Shown piece by piece: positions 63,720-64,000 of a stretch of 64,000 bases of DNA. Source of the stretch: Octopus sinensis (taxonomy: Eukaryota); assembly GCF_006345805.1 (NCBI RefSeq), contig NC_043005.1:65348001-65412000 (forward strand), read 5' to 3'. Positions within the stretch are counted from its first letter, which is position 1. Each line of letters opens with the position of its first letter. The translations under genes and the position numbers were made by a program. Below the pieces are notes generated by a model, which searched no databases, had not been told where the DNA came from, and worked only from the letters and a program-made list of their open reading frames with translations.

Positions 63720-64000
63720 CTATGTGGTGAGAGGCGTGCTTCCTAACCGCACGGCCTGGGGTCCACTCCCACTGGGTGGTACCTTCGGCACGTGTCTTCC
63801 ACTATAGCATCGAGCCTGCCGAAGCCTTGTGAGTGGACTTGGTGGACGGTAACTGATAGGCAGAAACTGAAAGAAGCCTGTCGTATCCATATATATGTGT
63901 GTGTGTTTGTCTTTCTGTCTGTATTTGTACAACGATCATGACCACCATCACTTGCCAACCGGTGTCATTGTGTTTCCGTCGCCCTAACATAGCGTACTGC
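63720..64000 (+). mobile_element. SINE family A, diverged, runs off window end
   Basis: gtgcttcctaacc...tcttccactatagc...gccttgtgagtggacttggt...gaaactgaaagaagcc. Confidence 0.75.

Noticed and set aside
309-63990. Most ORFs in the supplied track (poly-YI, HT, CV, MYVC, LS, poly-I/L/S/E)
   Set aside because: They are translations of (TA)n, (CA)n, (TACA)n, (TAGA)n, (TAA)n, (GAT)n and (GAA)n microsatellites or of SINE bodies; no coding signal.

Overview
AT-rich eukaryotic, repeat-dense DNA with no host protein-coding exon that I can recognise. The SINE, LINE and microsatellite landscape looks like a coleoid cephalopod, probably Octopus. That is recalled similarity, not a database result. Contents: many tRNA-derived SINE copies (3 to 4 families), four R4/Dong-type RLE LINE fragments sitting in (TAA)n tracts, three mariner remnants, a pogo/Tigger remnant, a Helitron remnant, hAT and other MITEs, L1/Tx1-like and Penelope-like (GIY-YIG) remnants, and abundant microsatellites. 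The standout signal is a set of type I hammerhead ribozyme (HHR) motifs read directly from the sequence. A ~348-nt non-coding repeat carries a canonical HHR with a palindromic helix III and forms a ~1.6-kb tandem plus fold-back array (15451-17040). An unrelated ~593-nt HHR repeat has the same tandem plus inverted layout (20112-21316). At least five further unrelated HHR-like motifs, one with a U3-A8 core covariation, lie mostly in islands inside or next to (TA)n microsatellites. This looks like a retrozyme / Penelope-associated self-cleaving (possibly circular) RNA system. Ribozyme activity and expression are untested predictions.
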